NCBI GenBank assembly: GCA_964247055.1
Contig: OZ176051.1
Location: 5,022,001-5,086,000 of the forward strand
Origin: Paragordius varius
Taxonomy: Eukaryota > Animalia > Nematomorpha
DNA length: 64,000 bases
Direction of reading: 5' to 3'
The notes below the pieces were generated by a model, which was not told the DNA's origin, did not search any database, and saw only the letters and a program-made list of their open reading frames with translations. The position numbers were made by a program, and so were the translations under genes. Positions within the stretch are counted from its first letter, which is position 1, and every line of letters begins with the position of its first letter. This document shows positions 61,900 to 64,000 of this stretch, one piece after another.

Positions 61900-62200
61900 T
61901 TAAATATGTTTTGATGTTGGCGATTTTCCGGATGTTTTTGTTTGAGCAGTAGACTCATGAGTTGGCTTTTCGTGTTTCACGTCACTTATTGGATATGCCG
62001 GTCTAATTGATATTTTTCGAGATTTTTGTGGTTCTCCGCTTCTTTCATAAATACGGAAATCCTTAACATAATTTGATAAATCCTGGCCCTGTGATATTTT
62101 AACAAAATTGTTTTTCCATTCATATTTATATTTTTTAGGGGTTGGAAATAAACCCTTATTTGGTTACGATTCCATATAATCAAAGAGGGTTCCGAACTAA
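61900..62200 (-). CDS. Possible terminal exons of an unidentified gene convergent with CHAF1A
   Basis: cacag|GGC CAG GAT...CAT ATT TAA opens a 62-aa exon (61900-62088). A phase-compatible short exon (SEPSLIIWNRNQIR) lies just upstream. No recognisable homology. Confidence 0.35.
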
Positions 62201-63589
62201 ATTCCATTAATTTCAAAGTATTACCAAAAATTTTGATTTTAGATTACAAAAAAATAGACATGCAATTATCGCTTCTCTCTAAATAATTCAAAAAATCTTT
62301 AATATAAAAAATAATTATACATTTTAAAGTTCTTTTCCTTTTAAAAGGCTGACAGTGAGAATGAAAAGTGTGGAATTTAGGGTAAGGAAGTACGGTACAC
62401 TAACACGCATAGTGCACGTGTTCGACGCCTTAACCTTTTAACCACCACGCTTTCTATTAAAAATTTAAAAAACAATTATTAAACAAAACTTGTAATCATT
62501 TAAAATTTTTCCTTTGTTTTAATCGCTAGGATAAAATTTAATAACGATTTCAGACCCGATTTAATTTTGTTCTAAAACGATTAAAAAAGTTATTGGTTTT
62601 TTAAAAAAACAGGTCTCTGCAAATCCCTATTTTAGTATTTTTATAAACTATAAATTATAATCATTTTGTTTAGAGGCACACAAAACTTTATTAAATGCAA
62701 TCTTGCACATTAATTACGAACAATCATTCCTAATTATGGATTACTGAGAAATGTAATTATATATTGGGATAAGTATATGTAGTCAATTCATAACCCCCAT
62801 ACCTCAAACTAAATGATGAAAATAATGATTTAATTCAAAATAAAAATTTACAATCCATCTTTGTTGCCAAATACGTAAGGCTTCTTGCTCATGAACCAAT
62901 TTGTGACAATTAGTGGTTGGGTCCAATGTAAACTAAAAAATATATGCAAAAATAATATTTTTGAATCATAATTAAAAAGTAATACGCCTTTTTGTATAAT
63001 GAAATGTAAGAATTATGAAAATACATATATTAATTGTGTCAAATTGTTTTTGATTCATATTTTTAGGGAGAGTGAATGTTTCATCCGCAAAATACTGAGG
63101 TCAAACATCATTAGGAGAAAAAAATGCTATAATTTAAACGCTATAAACATGAATAAAGATTTTGGCTAAAACTTTTAACCCATAAACGTTTAAAATTATA
63201 TAATTATAATAAAAATAGGTAAAATACTCAAGGATGTAATAATATTAAAACTTTACCAAACACATTTTTTGTTTTTCCAAAACTTTGAAATACTTATAAA
63301 TATATATAATACAACTTTTATATAATCCATTTTTTTGAAAATCATTAAAGTTTTAAAACTGTGCTCTCGTACCTAGTGGGATATCAAAAAGCATGGAGCG
63401 TATTCAAAGGCTTTAATATTGTTTATATGTTTACTCGATAATAACTATAATTTTACCGAGAATTTTAAATAGTGTGGGTATATCCTAACATATTTTGACG
63501 AGTTTTTAATAAATAAATTGCGGAATATACAATATAATTTGTGTTTAACTATATTTTTCAGTGTATTGATTTTGGTTTTAACATGTGAA

Positions 63590-63830
63590 ATTAGGACTAA
63601 ACCACAAAAACAGATTAAGTTAACTTTTTCCGAGGTGTCACTGCTGGAATGTACATTCGCAACAGCTAGCCTACTTTGACCACATTATGAGATTTAAGTC
63701 AAGTCTTTGATGTTGGGAAAGGTTAGCAGTGCGTGTAAAAGGGACTGAAGCAGGATAAGGGGCATGGACTATATTTTATAAGAAACCAATGCAACCTTGG
63801 CAGAACTCAACATTAAAATAAAAATCGCAA
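63590..63830 (+). pseudogene. Degenerate 3' remnant of an RTE-clade LINE
   Basis: QQLAYFDHIMR..SSL / MLGKVSSACKRD*SRIRGMD resembles the RTE RT C-terminal motif (LxYFGHxMR...MLGKxEGxRxRGRxRxRWxD). Stops and a frameshift present. Confidence 0.55.
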
Positions 63831-64000
63831 TCTATGGGGAAGTTATATTTACCATATTACAAAAAGTCGAGCTCGACTTACATACACATTTTTTTGTGTA
63901 TAGATGTTTTGGTTATTCGATATTTCTTTTAGTATTAAAAATATATCGTGAAAAATTTGACGGTTTGCATTGTAAATTGTTATAATAAAAACATGAATGG

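Noticed and set aside
62400-62460. tRNA/SINE-like A-box on the minus strand (gtggttaaaaggttaaggcgtcg)
   Set aside because: No B-box or cloverleaf; too short to call.

Overview
Strongly AT-rich eukaryotic (metazoan-type) genomic DNA containing spliced protein-coding genes. Exon chains were assembled by hand from GT-AG boundaries, phase consistency and remembered similarity to known protein families. No alignments were run. Genes from left to right: endophilin A (-, 2905-8257, 11 exons); DPP8/9 (+, 13340-26746, 18 exons), with a DUOXA-family gene nested antisense in its 10th intron (-, 20118-22916); an unidentified phase-consistent multi-exon gene (-, about 27875-35360); AP-2 alpha-adaptin (-, 38146-51884); ABCF1 (+, 52036-54141); MFF (-, 54535-55391); CHAF1A/CAF-1 p150 (+, 55518-61741). 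Intron sizes are bimodal: tiny 22-28 nt introns coexist with kb-sized introns full of repeats. DPP8/9, DUOXA, alpha-adaptin and CHAF1A carry large low-complexity insertions. Introns and intergenic DNA hold non-autonomous elements: a piggyBac-like TTAA MITE family, a TA-flanked foldback family whose arms are 21-bp palindromic tandem arrays, Tc1/mariner- and hAT-like MITEs, and RTE-LINE remnants. The most striking non-coding signal is a type I hammerhead-ribozyme-like fold with essentially no helix III and a GAUA (not GAAA) core. It occurs twice, in sense orientation, in introns of CHAF1A and DPP8/9. The organism cannot be identified from the sequence; a fast-evolving, AT-rich animal with tiny introns (dicyemid, orthonectid or myxozoan-like) is only an inference.
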